Assembly: GCA_951406725.2 (NCBI GenBank)
Contig: OX597819.1
Location: 41,788,001-41,852,000 of the forward strand
Direction: 5' to 3'
Source of the DNA: Octopus vulgaris
Taxonomy: Eukaryota
Length of the DNA stretch: 64,000 bases
A program made the translations under genes and the position numbers. Below are positions 11,917 through 25,294 of this stretch, in pieces (within the stretch, counting starts at the first letter, position 1; the number at the start of each line of letters is the position of its first letter). The notes beneath the pieces were generated by a model. The model was not told the DNA's origin. It searched no databases and saw only the letters and a program-made list of their open reading frames with translations.

Positions 11917-13655
11917 TACAACACCTTTCAAATTAGCTCAGTTAGTGCTACAGACTTTGTGCAAGAAGAAATATGGATACCAACTTTTAACGTTCAGGGG
12001 CAAGTTTAGCCCATTTCTAATAAAGAGCCCAGTTAATTTTAAATAGAAAAGCTGAGTCATTCTTTTTCCAAAATATATTTTTCAAAATATATCAAAATAT
12101 ATTTTTCCATTACATCATCGGTTACATTTTTCAAAACAAAAAAAAAAAAAAAAAGATACGAAAAATTCAAGAATTGACATGAATTAAATATCCACATTTG
12201 ATCTACACATAATAAGACAGTACTACCGGATTTCCTCACATATTAATAATCTGTTTAGATAAGGTATTCAAGCATTTTTTTTTCCCCCTTGTTTAAAAAC
12301 ATCCTTACATGATTTGTTAAATAGCGTACGAGCGGTGTTAGGAACACTAGAGTGACAGACTCAGTAACCGATTTTTAGTACAGTTTCGTCCCTCTATGCT
12401 TTGATATTAAACCTGCCGAAGCCTCTCTTAGTTGTCTCCTGTAATTCTATCCACATCTACGATGTAGTATATAAATATAAACCTACCCAGTCTTTATGAG
12501 ATTTTGCACTGAGTGCGTAAAATTCCGTAGGCTTAGTGTTTTGATACTTTCAAACTCGATAAAATGAACATAAGTCATAAACTAGTATATTGATAATCAA
12601 TCTTACACGGATTTTATCTGCAGACAGGTAATTCAGTGCAAGGTGATACGTCACTAAGTGTATTGGGGTAAGTGCTAAGGTAAGACGCCATTATTGAAAG
12701 TATTGCATTGGGTATTGTATTACATGATTGATTGATTGATTCTAGTTTCAGCTCATGAGCTGTGGCCATGCTGGGGCACCGCCATTTGCTGTTAATTTTT
12801 GGTAAACTGATATCACATCCTGAATTCAATATCCGGGCCATTAATTCTCCTAAGGAAAGCATATATTTCGCAATTCGCGTTCCTCCTTTCAGCCCCTAAT
12901 ATATATAAACTCCTTCATCGAAAACAAACCTAATTTAATTTTCTTGTTGATAAGCAACAATATTATTCCTTCTTTACCCGTGTTTTTTTTTTCTCTTTTT
13001 TTCTTTAATAGCTTTGTCAAACAAGAAAGAGCTGTTTCCATGACCCGCCCCTCTCTTTTGTAGATCGCCAGAAGTGGAAGGAACTTTAAGTCCTGTCCTA
13101 TGTTATCCTCAGACCGGAGATTTGATCCATCCGAATGACTATAACAGAATGGATTCTATCAAAGAAATACAGGAGTCAAGTTGTGGTGGTATCAAATCGG
13201 TCGACTGATTAAGTTTACCATTTCAATATAAAAATATAGACACATTAAACTATTACACAGTTTGACATTTTACTGTCACGTAGCTCCGTCCCATAAGTTC
13301 GTGTAATGATAAAATTATGTCCCGTCGATCAATTAAGGTTTAGTTTCAAACTTCAGTAAAACTGTATAAATGAAAGAGAGTTTCTTTTGCTTGGGATACG
13401 TATGGCAAGACGGGTGACATATTTGATAGCCTTTGAGTGAGTTTTATAATATTTTTTTCTAATAAACGGAGGGAGCCTGTTGCCCACATATACTTCAGTA
13501 TGAATCAAATAATGAGGTTGAGGTAATCATCGTCTCCCTCCCCTCAAAGCTGCTCATCCTCTGCCAAAATCTACCCTTTATTGGAGACACTAAGATGGCG
13601 CACTGGCAAAATCGATAAAACCTTGAAACAAGCACCTTATGGTATTTCTTCCGGT

Positions 13656-13863
13656 TGGCAGAAACGTTAGCACGCCGGGCGAAATGCGTAGACGTGTTTC
13701 GTCTGCCGTTACGTTCTGAGTTCAAATTCCGCCGAGGTCGACTTTGCCTTTCATCCTTTCGGGGTCGATAAGTACCAGTTACGCACTGGGGTCGAAGTAA
13801 TCGACTTAATCCGTTTGTTTGTCCTCTCTGTGTTTAGCCCCTTGTGGGTAGTAACGAAATATA
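13656..13863 (+). mobile_element. Young family A SINE nested in an older family A SINE (13597-13960)
   Basis: TSD TATTTCTTCCGG on both sides. The host head GGCGCACTGGCAAAATCG resumes afterwards as CTTTTACGTCC...GTTGACTTT. Confidence 0.8.
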
Positions 13864-15219
13864 TATTTCTTCCGGCTTTTACGTCCAACGATCAAATATC
13901 GCTGACGTTGACTTTACCAATGAAGTATTAGGGTTTATTTGATCGACTGCCCTCTTCCCTCAAAATTATTGACCATTGCCAGAACTGGAACACATTATTG
14001 CAGTCACTGAACTTGGAATGTAAAGATAAGTTGTAAAGACAATATGTTGTTTATGGAGAGAATATTTATTTTCTATCTGTCAGGGCTTATTGTCTACAAA
14101 TAGGTTTAATACATTTTCCAGTTCTTTATTTTATCTACCACAAAAGGGTGAAATGCAAAGCTAGCATCGAGGAGATCTCTACTCAAAATGTAAAGAGCTG
14201 AAAGAAATAACACGGCCTTTTTTCCCTACGTTCTAACGATTCTACCAGCTTGCCACCTTAGAGAAATTATATATTTAATATGTTGATTGCCTCAAAACTT
14301 TCAAAACTATTGAAGCTAGGTACTGATTTAGGTTAGAGGGTTAGGTTAGGCTTGTATTAATGCATTATTAAATACAATGTAATTGATATAGAATCCTTGT
14401 AGCTCAGCAATTAAAGTTGTGAAAGCATAACAATTTTTTAATGCATAAAGTTAACCATGACAGTCATCCATGTTTCGTTATATATTACGGATAACGTTGG
14501 TTTAAAATTTTAACACAAAGACATGTTCGAGAGTTGGGTTAAGTCATTGAATTGACTCCAATGCTCAACTAGTACTTATTTTATCGACCCTGAAAGAATG
14601 AAAGACAAAAATCGACCTTGGCGGAATTTGGACTCAGAATGTGAAGACGGACGAAATTCCTGGCATGCTAACGGTTCTGCCCTTCGCCGCCTTATATTAT
14701 GGATAATGTTAGCCGAAGATATGATACCCATCCACAACGAGATAAGCTGAGGGAGATAAGAATAAAATATCCCTCTATGTTGCGAGATATATTCTAAGTT
14801 AAATTACAGGAAAATATATTAAACCTATTGTGCCAGCGCAATTTTGCAATAAAAGTTTCGAATTTTGGCACAGAACGAGCAGTTTTTGAGGGGAGGGGAA
14901 AGACGATTACCTCGACCTCAGTTTTTGATTGATACTTATTTTATCGACCTCGAAAGGACAAACGGCAGAATATGAAACCAGAATGTAAAGACGGACGAAA
15001 TGCCGCTAAGCATTTTATCCGGCATGCTAACGGTTCTGCTAACTCACCACCTTAGTGCCAACAATAATAAAAGACTTTTTAAACCCTTTTGGTAGACACG
15101 GGCCGATGGATCAACCCAAGTGATAGAAGCTGAAAGGATTTGAGGCCGAGCCATCGGCCTGATGGAACAAACGCTTTGAAGTGTAATAGCCGATCAGAGA
15201 TCGCCTTTCAGTATATATA

Positions 15220-15362
15220 TTAGATTGTCCCAAAAGTTCGTAAACACTTGCGAAAATTGAATTTTTACTCGCCAAGTACTAACAAAAACAACAAAAATTA
15301 TTCCTCAAAATAAAGACCATTATTTTCCAAGACTTTCTACGAACTTTTGGGACAACCTTATA
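15220..15362. mobile_element. Mariner-type MITE
   Basis: TIRs TTAGATTGTCCCAAAAGTTCGTA / TACGAACTTTTGGGACAACCTTA in TA context. Confidence 0.75.
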
Positions 15363-16669
15363 ATATAAAACTATATAATATATATAGTTTTACATACCAA
15401 TAAAATATTTTTAGGAATTTTATCCTTTGTTTTCTATATGCACCCATCAATTTCAATCCCAACAGAAAAAACATTTGTCTTTTTGGTTACAGATACCAAA
15501 ATACCATGTGGTTCAAAAGAGTTAGTGCTTCTTTTCACCCAATGATGGCGAGCTTTTATATGATTCGTTTTCGATTTAGTATGATAAATTTGAAAGTCTA
15601 TCGACCTTATTTTTAGATATTTTACAATTCCAATACTTTCGGGGGTTTTTTTTATCAAGCATGACGATATAGACACATAATAAAACAACACAAGTAGAGA
15701 AGCTTATTCCGTTCAAATCCCACGAACAACTTTACTTTTCATCTGGGGTAGAATAAATAAAGTATCAGGCAAACATAGCAGGTCCATTAAATCGATGAAA
15801 CCAACACCAAGTCCCGCAAAAAGGAAAAAAAAAATAATTGAGAATTTGTGTCTATATTAGAAATCAGTGGTTTCTCATTTAGGCACAAGTTCACCACTAT
15901 TTTATTTTGTCGAGCTTGAAAGGATGAAAAGCGAAGTTGACCACGATTGGATCTGAACTCGAAAGAAATACTGCAGTATATTTTGTTCGACGTTCTATCG
16001 ATTCGGCTAATCCACTGATTTGATATCATAAATCAAAATCAGCAAAATTATTTCGTTTATGCTTGAGAATTGAAACTGGATATGTGAGTTCTGGTATCGC
16101 TGAGAAGCAAATTTACAAATAGAGCTTTTTCTCTTAAGCTTTCAGAATACGTTTGCAAACAATTAACATGAACCGGCCTCGTGTTACGCTGTTTTATTGT
16201 AGTAGCGTATTATAAAGTTTAAATATAAATTGAAAGATTCACATACTTAATGTAAAACAAAATATATAATCTACCACACTGATCGAAAGCCTTTCAGTAG
16301 TAACATTCTCGTTTTTCCTTTGGATTATATTATTTAATATAGCCTTCATTTGCATAGACGATAAGGTGTGATTTGAGGGAATTCCATTATTTCGTCCAAC
16401 CCTGTATATGTTTCTTTATTGTCCACAAGTGGCCAACCCTGTATATCATCAAGACTTTTTTTTTTTTAATATGTAATCTGATATATGTTAATTTATGTGT
16501 GATTATCTCATTTTGCATAAATTAACAAATGGGTTTTATATAGATGTTTTATAAACGGTTGCAGTAGAGTAACTAGAAATCAACAGAATGTATTCAAAGG
16601 AAAACGATCTTATAAATATAATTATCACCTGCTAAAGGTGCTCTAATTTTTTTTAAACATTTTTTATTT

Positions 16670-16737
16670 ACTGTCGGGCGCGATCGCGTTTGAGTTGACA
16701 CGGTTTGCTTCGCACCACTTACACTTCAGGAAAAAAT
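16670..16737 (+). promoter_or_regulatory. Putative TSS region and non-coding first exon of the DUOXA-like gene
   Basis: Local CpG cluster (GTCGGGCGCGATCGCG), donor GTAAGA at 16738, and polypyrimidine tract + TAG acceptor ending at 16841, just before the ATG at 16843. Confidence 0.45.
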
Positions 16738-16842
16738 GTAAGATAAATATTTTTCCTCCGTCACTCATATACTATGTCTGTGTTTGTATTTTTTTTAAGT
16801 GGATTTAAAGATTTTTTTTTCATTTTTTTCTTTCCATGTAGT

Positions 16843-17004
16843 ATGGCATTGTTCAGAGCTTTTCGTGGACCGTACGGTTTTAGTTATTACGACAGTCTTC
16901 GAAGTGAGGTTTCTGTTGATAAAACCTTTGCAAGTGTTATTTACGTGTGTGTTCTCCTGTACGTAGCAGCAATATTTGCGACTCTAGGAAGTCGTAGAAA
17001 ATCG
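16843..17004 (+). CDS. DUOXA: Dual oxidase maturation factor-like, coding exon 1
   Basis: MALFRAFRGPYGFSYYDSLRSEVSVDKTFASVIYVCVLLYVAAIFATLGSRRKS (TM1 + G-x-R basic motif); donor GTGAGT, phase 0. Confidence 0.85.
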
Positions 17005-18039
17005 GTGAGTTATTTTCTTTTTTGTTTCTATGTTCAATTACTCTCGCTAACTCTCTCCCTCTTCGTTTTATTACTTTAAAAAATTCGATAAATGCCCAAA
17101 TGTAATGTTTATAATTGCCGAAATGGTCAAGTAACATAAGAATCACATTGCAGTATTTTGCTTGGAGATTCTGCGTTCTACTTGTTCAAATCCTGTTGTT
17201 TTTTCTCTACCCTTACATCACCCCTGGTCAATAAAATAATCTTAGAAGATGGAAAGAGCTGAAAGGTTGCTTTAAAACGAGAATATCACGAATGATATAG
17301 CCTAAAATAAGTAATGTTAAGACGGTCACGGCTGAAACGCCTTTTGCTCATAAGCCTGCGTTGAGTCGTGGCTAAGCCGCAACCGGCAAATAGTAATCAA
17401 TCGTCTATATGTTTTTTTTTAATACATATTTGTTATAGTGTAACTAATATAAGACGTTATTAAACAACAGTAAATTTATTAGTTTCATAAGAAAAGTAGA
17501 TTAATGTGCTCTTGCTGACATAGACACCCATACAATCCAGATACGCCCAGGCTTATCTTGATATTCAAAGTGTTATCTAGGTTAGAAACAATATTATACA
17601 GGTTCTACTCAGCAACAGTGAAGAGAGATACATCCGTCTGAAAGGCGGATGATTGACGAGAATGACTCGAAGAAAAGTCACTTTACCTTGATAACAAAGG
17701 TAATATCGGATCAATGGGCTTCGTTGATTGGTTCTAAGTAGCTGTCTCAATTTCGTTTCTTTTTGTACAGTTTTCACGCCTATTTTCTCATTTGATTCTA
17801 TATAAATCACCGCTATTTATTTTATTTCTTCATTTGGAATTTGTTCTTGTAATGTCTTTTTATCTGTGACCTTTGTGACACATATCCCACCGAAATCAAA
17901 TTTTCCTTTCGTCCTTTTTGGGTCAATAAAAACATTATACCATTCAAGGAGGATTTCAAGGAAGAACAAAAGTGTACTATTGAATGAGGATAGATACGAC
18001 ACGCTTATAAAAACATATGGAAGGTATTTTATTTCACTT

Positions 18040-18350
18040 GGCGAGTCGGGGTGGTTTGATGCCCTACCACCCGTAATTCAACATAAAGAGTTGAAAAACT
18101 TTAAAAAAATATGGACAATGAAGATGTGAACTTTAAAAAAAAAGGAAAAATTGTTCAAAATAATGTCTAAATGTAACCACTTGACTAAGGGGGTCGAGTG
18201 GGCATTGCGCCTCATTTTATCATTTTCATTCATTCTTTTTATTTTTTCTTCACTCGATTTCTTTCTGTATTTTTATTTCCCCGATCATGTGTCCTGTATT
18301 GTTTTGTAATGTCCCATCTATGCTTGACCTTTTGTGGGTAATAAAAAAAT
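18040..18350 (+). mobile_element. 3' end of a Tx1-like element
   Basis: Ends in TCTATGCTTGACCTTTTGTGGGTAATAAAAAAAT, the same tail type as the LINE at 5220. Confidence 0.5.
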
Positions 18351-20110
18351 CAGGACGTTGGTGTTACCTTGGCGGAGGTCTGCGACATGACCACACAGGC
18401 GGCTTAAGTTGTTTTTTGTCGTGTTGGACGTAAGTCATGGTGTTAAATATTTGATTGTTACAGTTCAAATTGTTGCTAGTGTTATTTTGAATTGTTTTTC
18501 CCATGTGGGGAAAAATGGACAAAACGCCAGCAGGTTGCAACTGGAAAAGGCATAGACATGGAAACGCTGGAGGTACGAGAAATAAAGGTTGAACCTCGAA
18601 AAATGAAAGAATGCGAGAAGTTGCTGGAAAAAGACGGAAATACACTGAAATTAACGCCGCCTGTGGAACTAACAACACACGTAATGAAAAGAACGGTGAT
18701 ATATGACAATGAAGATAGCACCAAGGAATGTAGAAATAGCGACAATTGAAGAATGTTTGAAGAATATAAAGACAAACCACATTTATAACAAGAGGGAGAA
18801 AGTACGTTACTGTGGAGGTGCGTTTTGCATCAGAAGAGGAAGCAATTAAGCACTCCGCGGAATCAATAAGATCGGAAGAATGGGTACTTTTGCCATTGTA
18901 CTGTGGCAAACGTGTGGCCAAGGTGCGAGTTGGAAAGTGCCCCCAGAGCTGAAAGAAGCATGGCTGATGGCAGCCATATAATGTATGACATGAATGAGGA
19001 AGCCATGATACTGAAAGCCACAAGAACCCAAAGAATTAACTACTGGGGATATGGAATAGTTAACCGCCCAAGCAACAGTGGAAGACCTAAACAGAATTGT
19101 CAAAGAGATAGTACTGCCCGATGACGTAAGATTGGGAGTGGTTGTGAAGGGCAGGCTGCCTGTATGTTATACATGTGGGGGAAAGGGCCACATGAAGGCT
19201 AGGTACCCTCAGAGGGAACAGCAGATAAAGCAGACGGAGAGACAGGAGAGCACGGACCAGGAGGTACAGGTCGAGATAAAGGAGAAAGCAACGGAGGAGG
19301 GGTTCACGGTGTTTAAAAAAAGAAAGTGAATTGGGAGAGTAAGCTCTCCGCCAGAGCAGCAGAAAAAGAGATGGAAAAGAAAACCAGAAGGAAGCAAGAC
19401 AGAATGGTAGTGGATAAAGTAAGCGAAAAGGAACTTGAAGTGTTCAAGTAGGAGTTGCATAAGGAAGAGACATTGGTGAAGACACCGGTTGTTCCAGTGG
19501 AGGAAGAAAATTTAGAAACTCAACTGGAGAGACTGTTCAGAATGGTCGAAGAAAAGAAGGTAGCAGGAAAAGAGAAAACAAATAAAAGGAAAATTTCGAT
19601 AGAATTTTGTGACGTACGCAAAAAGCAAAGAAACTGAAAAGAAAGTATTAAAGTTTAAACATGTTATAAGAGCAAAGTTGCCCACAGGTGTGTATTCCGA
19701 GAATGTGGTTGACAAGGACACTTACAACAGACTAAAAGACATGTGTGGAGAAGGATTGACCCGTCAGGAGTGATGGAGTTCGATGAATTTCCACCTATAG
19801 TGGAGCTAAAAGATTTAGAACCTTTCACGAGATATTAAAAAGGAAAAAGTGAAATTGTTTTATTAAAGAAGAAAAAAAATAAAATTGTTTCATTAAAAAA
19901 AAGAGGAAAAAACGAAATTAAAAAAAAAAACAATAAGATAATAGAACGATTGTAAATAGTTTATATAAACGTTCAAATGATACTGCATGTGAGTGGGGAG
20001 CATGCAGTCATTTCACTTTTATAGAACATCTCTTGTCCCCACTGAGGTGTTGTGTCTGTCTTTGTAGTGTCCCCTCTGTGTTGTGGCCGTAGTGCCAAAA
20101 TAAAGAAACA
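18351..20110 (+). mobile_element. Degraded Tx1/L1-like element carrying only ORF1 (gag-like zinc knuckle) and a 3' tail
   Basis: Frameshifted ORF1 with RRVAKVRVGK-like segment and GRLPVCYTCGGKGHMKARYP (CCHC relic), followed by a K/E-rich tail; 3' end CCTCTGTGTTGTGGCC...AAAATAAAGAAAC. Confidence 0.7.
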
Positions 20111-20336
20111 TTGACAGAGGTTTGCGCTCTCTGAGTGCTCTTGTTAAATATAACTTCACAAAAAGCTTTGTCTTTCACTTGTAGTAATTGGTTTTGCTAC
20201 TCAACTGGCCTAGACAAAACTTTTCTGAGAATGAAAGTCATTATCTTAGCTGTTTTGAAGAACCCTTAGGAGTGAGTTACGAAAGCATTAACTTTTAATT
20301 TTGAAATTGCTATTACAATTTTTTTTTCTGTTTCAG

Positions 20337-20394
20337 AGATTCAAATCTTTTTTTGCTTTGACGTTCAATTTCACTGTGATAATGATAATTCTCG
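20337..20394 (+). CDS. DUOXA: DUOXA-like coding exon 2 (58 nt)
   Basis: TTTCAG acceptor, RFKSFFALTFNFTVIMIIL (TM2), GTAAGT donor, phase 0 to 1. Confidence 0.85.
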
Positions 20395-21276
20395 GTAAGT
20401 AGGAACTCATATTAATACTTTGTTAATATCTGTCTCTACCTAATAAGCTGAAATTTATCTAGATGTACGTGATGCTTTTGAGCAACTGAAAGTACAAAAC
20501 TCCTCTTGAACGAGACACCAGCCGACCACAGGGTTAACTTGCGCCTTCTCTCCCTAACTATCGCTGATACACATTTCCAGTTGAGTGGATTGAAGCAACG
20601 TCGAATGAAGTGCCTTGCTCAAGGACACATTGTTTCTCCAGGTGCGTCGATCGAATCCACCTCCGAACGCTAGCAACACACTATCAACGCGCCTGAACTT
20701 CTTACGGTGGACATCCTATTAAAATAATTCTATTACTGATTTACTTCACAAAAATATCGCTGTGGTGATAAATTATTTTGTCTTTGTCCCCATCGCCGCT
20801 TAACACCCAGTGTTGTTGTGTTTACGTTTCCATAACTTAGCGGTTTGGCAAAAGCCACCAATAGAATAAGTACTATGCTAAAACAAAAAAAAAAAGTAAT
20901 GGTGTCCATTCGTTTGACTAAAGTTCTTCAAGGCGTAGTCGCAGTTTAACGACTCACACTGATGACAGATATTACCTTGTAGTTTTTATGATCTTTACAT
21001 CCTTTCTGCGCCCACAGATCGCTGAACAACACCTAAGAACTCGATTCGACAGACTTTAGCGACTGAAATCATTTTAAACAGTTCTTGCGAGTAGTGTTTT
21101 CATTGTAGGCCTCTTTAGTTCTGTCCTCAATCAGATATTGCTACGATTTCCACCGCTTGCTTGAGATTACACCAAGCATAACAGCTCGTGGAATTTCAAA
21201 TATCACAAATGTTAGTTTTTAATACATATACTAAAGTAGTCTTCACGCTGAACCAAATTAAAGATAAAATTTATTC

Positions 21277-21524
21277 TATTGGGTTGGTGCATAATTATTG
21301 CGACTTTTTTTTTTCAACAAATTTTATTCAACAAAAACAATAACATGTAACAAATTTTTTAATAATTATTCCGGAGCATGTTCACCATCTACTTCAATTA
21401 CTGCTTCCCATTTGCTTGGCAGATGGTGAGACCGTCATTTAAAGATGTTTTCGTTAAATATTGTTTTTGTTGAATAAAATTTGTTGGAGGAAAAAAGTCG
21501 CAATAATTATGCACCAACATAGTA
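21277..21524. mobile_element. Mariner-type MITE
   Basis: TIRs TATTGGGTTGGTGCATAATTATTGCGACTTTTTT / AAAAAAGTCGCAATAATTATGCACCAACATAGTA. Confidence 0.8.
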
Positions 21525-22799
21525 GTTTTATTTCAAACATAAATAAATTGTTAGTTTCTTTAAACTCCGTGGAGCTTGAAATGAATATTGGTATGACAAG
21601 GCTTTATTTATTCATGCAGATAATTTTAATGTCGCAGTTGACGTCAAATAGTTACTTGCGCTTGTTCAGCTCCTGGCTTTGGTCGAGTAAACAAAATACA
21701 AAGGATCTTAACCGCCCACCAAACCAACAAAAAAATGCTAGCACACGTATGCTACTGAATATGTTTGTGTATATGTTTGTGTCTTAAAATTCGTTATCAT
21801 ACTCGTGGTTTTCTCGCATTTGAATTTATTCTGATTCGCGCGATATTGTACGTAAAATACGTCGTTTAATTAATGGTGAGCCAGCTAAAATACAAAGATG
21901 CTAATTAGCTACGTTAATAGTTCAATTCTTAACTGCTTTGAATTCTATGTCATTAACTGAGGAAGGAAATTCGAGGATGTATCCTATAAGAGACGGTCAG
22001 CAACCTGCGAAACTGTCCGTCAGAAATCTCTCCCACTATTTTTTTTCTCTGCACATCAAAAGCATAGGAATGTGTCTAAGTTTTTATTTATTCATAGGTA
22101 GGGCATTCTCATATTTTTGTTGTGTGCTCAGCACAACCGCTGGTGTATTTTCCTATGGTATTTAAATAAAATTACATTCTGCGACTTCTTCCTGAAATTA
22201 TAGATGTTTTCGATCTAGTTTGGATTCTTTGCAATCAAATTTGAATTTTTCAATTGGTGCTCAAGCCTTGAAAAAAAAAGTTAAACTACATCAGCCGTAA
22301 GGGAATACATGTCTATCTTATCTAACTCGTCCAGTGGAGCCCACTGTTGCTCGAACTTCGATCTAACCCTGAGCTTGGGACAACAAACTCGAGTTGGATA
22401 AACTCGAATAGTTGGCTCAAATATTTACCCGTTAGCTTATTTTGGTTTAAATTTAACTCTGGTCGGCGTCTTTTGCTGAGATTTAGTCGCAGGACGGACT
22501 TAATATTGTTTCATTACTTCAAGTTTACAAGACAGAACTTCTCAGAGCTACAGGCAGTTGTAACGTCATATTTTTCCCTCCAAATACATTAACCTTTTTT
22601 AACAGTATATACTTGATTATTTCTTTCAAAGACGTTTGCATTAGCCGTTCTGTTAAGAAGCTCAGTGTAATAGCTGCAACAATACAAGATTTCATGTCGG
22701 CAATTTGATATCTTGTTCGTTCAACCATCATGCTTTTCAAACGATTTTCTGTTTTTTTTTCAATCTAAATATATTTTCATTTTATTTCTCTAATTGTAG

Positions 22800-22934
22800 T
22801 TACTCTCTGTGGTCATAGTTGGAAAGAAGGATTCATTAATGCTCAAACCACATACATCGATTATTCCGAGGAAAAAGTTGACGCAAAAATCGGTTTATCA
22901 TTTTCTCTCGCCAGCGTCAACATGACTCTTAAAG
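22800..22934 (+). CDS. DUOXA: DUOXA-like coding exon 3 (135 nt)
   Basis: VTLCGHSWKEGFINAQTTYIDYSEEKVDAKIGLSFSLASVNMTLKG matches the DUOXA W..G...Y..S......IGL...L..VNxTL motif; TAG acceptor, GTAGGT donor, phase 1 to 1. Confidence 0.92.
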
Positions 22935-24863
22935 GTAGGTTGTCAAGAACAAATTAATCACATTCTTTCCCCATATAGTCTTCATCAATTTAACATGGGG
23001 TGGGGCATGAAATTAATCCATCTTCGATAAAACGAAAACTGAGTCAAGACGAAGCAGTTTGAGTTGTGCCAAAGGGGCAGGTTTTATACGTGGATTCCTT
23101 TCATAGTTATTTATCCTTGAGACTATTGTAAACTGTAGATGTTATATACAAACAATCGCTCAGCTACATTAAATAGTCGCTCGTACATTAAATACAAGCC
23201 CAGAAAATATAATATTCACACAATGACAATATTCATTTGGGGATTCTTTGAATTCCTTCAAGAAATATTTTAAACGCCAAAATTAATTAACCAATAATAC
23301 GAAAACATTTAATCACTAGCGTATTGCAGGCCGTCACTCACGAACGAGTATGATTTGGTAATCTGTATCCTGCGTTTGTTGATTGCTCTCTAGGTGAATA
23401 TTTACTCACTAGTAGACCTCGACGGCCTCTCGACCCTTCATAAAAAATACAACAGAACAACCGTGATATGAATAGTGGATGGAAAGCAGGTTGCACCAGC
23501 ATCCGGTTGGTGCCCATTTCAGCTGAGTAGACGAGAGTAACGTGAAATAAATTACTTTGCTCAGACACAACACACAGTCTCCTCTATGAATCTAAATCCT
23601 GACCTTATGATCAGAACATCTTAACCATCAAGCCACGCGCATTCACATTGTTACATATAGTAATAAATCTCAACATTAAAAAAAAAAAACACTGAACTCT
23701 CTTTTTTTATAGAGCAGGTAGAATAATAAACAAGGGTTTCTATATATCTTTATTGAATCCTTCATTCCCTCAAACACACTCTGACCCCTATACTAAAGCC
23801 CTCTCTTCTCTACGAACTTTTTGGCAATATCAAAATGTCGATTTCTTTGCAGCTGTCGTGCTATTGTCTCGCCTTTTTAAAGTAGCTTTGTTCTTCACCT
23901 CTCATTGATTTTACTTTGCCTACGTTCAAATAGCCTCTTCTCTGATTATCATTACTTGCACTCTCCCCTACTAAACTTCACACTATTTTTTCAGTATTCC
24001 TATTCGTTGTTCAATTATTTCTAGTTATATAAAACCCTGATCGACTAAACCACCACCATCACTTCTGATCTGAGACAACTCCCTCGTTGACTTTGGGCAA
24101 ATACTCTCCTTTTCCAAGGATACAAATTTAACTATATTCTAAAGACATAGAGCAGTTGATACCTGGTGGAGTGAAAAAAATGTATTTGATGTCAAAAAAA
24201 CTAATTGATTTTTTATTACCAACAAGGGGCCAACGAAGAGGGAACAATGCAATCTGATTTTGGGGTCAGATGAGCGAATGATTATACAAAAAATGACATT
24301 AAAAATTTTACAAAAATAAGAAAATATAATAAAATCGAATGGTAGGACAGACCGGAAGACATTACGGATGGAGTGGGGGGGGGGTTAATTCGGACCCCAC
24401 GAGTCCCCGCCTCGCCACTGATACCTGAGTTACATCCTGTGTCGCATTCATGAGGATCCATCTACACGCAACATCCGTGCTACATTCTTCCATCGATTTT
24501 CAAACATTTTAACAGTCAGGCATTTTCTCTCTTGCCAAAAGCTAATAATATTAAGGTTGCGTTTTTAATTGGCTGATTTAACATAAACGTAATGATTCAA
24601 GATAGGTTTCTATTTAAAATGACATTTTCGAATTCTTATTTATGGTGGAAAACAAACCCTTGCTAATATTTTACTGGCGTTAATTTTGACTATAAAATTA
24701 GTTATATGAGAATGTTTTCGGAGAACTGGAATACTGCAACTAGCAATTACGGCTAGGAGTGCAAAGCGGTTTTTTATTTGGCAGTATTTGTAATCTTTCT
24801 TTTTTGTCCAACCAAACTAATTTGCTTTGCTGTTAAAAAAAAAGTTTAATTTATTTTTGGCAG

Positions 24864-24920
24864 GTGAAATCAGTCAGAACTCGACTGTATATTACAATGA
24901 ACGACTTTTTCTATTCAACG
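24864..24920 (+). CDS. DUOXA: DUOXA-like coding exon 4 (57 nt)
   Basis: GEISQNSTVYYNERLFLFN (NxT + YNE motif); CAG acceptor, GTAAGA donor. Confidence 0.88.
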
Positions 24921-25082
24921 GTAAGACAATATCCTTTTATTTTTGCATCTTACGAACCATTTAATATTAACTTGCACATAATTTCCAGGATAACTAAAAT
25001 ATTGGTAACTGAAAGCAAGCCGCGGCGTTTCATTTTATGTAAACAACCAACATGGCCTGAACAAACAAATGAACGCTTTCAC

Positions 25083-25294
25083 GGTACTACTTAAGAAGAG
25101 TGGTCCCGGTGCGCGCACTCGCGTACTCGCGCATCCGCGCTAGCTAGTCGTGACTAGTCGATCCTTACTTTGTGTTTTTGTGTTTTATTTACGACTTTGC
25201 TAGGTAGTCGTAGGATCGACTAGTCACGACTAGCTAGCGCGGATGCGCGAGTACACGAGTGCGCACACAGGGACCACTCTTCTTAAGTAGTGCC
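25083..25294. mobile_element. Palindromic MITE (Merlin- or Mutator-like)
   Basis: About 83-bp TIRs (25083-25165 / 25212-25294) starting GG(T/C)AC; 9-bp TSD with one mismatch, CGCTTTCAC / CTCTTTCAC. Confidence 0.85.

Noticed and set aside
13656-13740. tRNA genes
   Set aside because: The A/B-box-like sequences are SINE heads without an intact cloverleaf.
1-16700. Head-to-head DUOX gene
   Set aside because: No peroxidase, EF-hand or NOX-like exon was recognised on the minus strand; very small exons could have been missed.
21955-22025. CUGAGGA...GAAAC...GUC hammerhead-like spacing
   Set aside because: Stems I and II do not pair convincingly.
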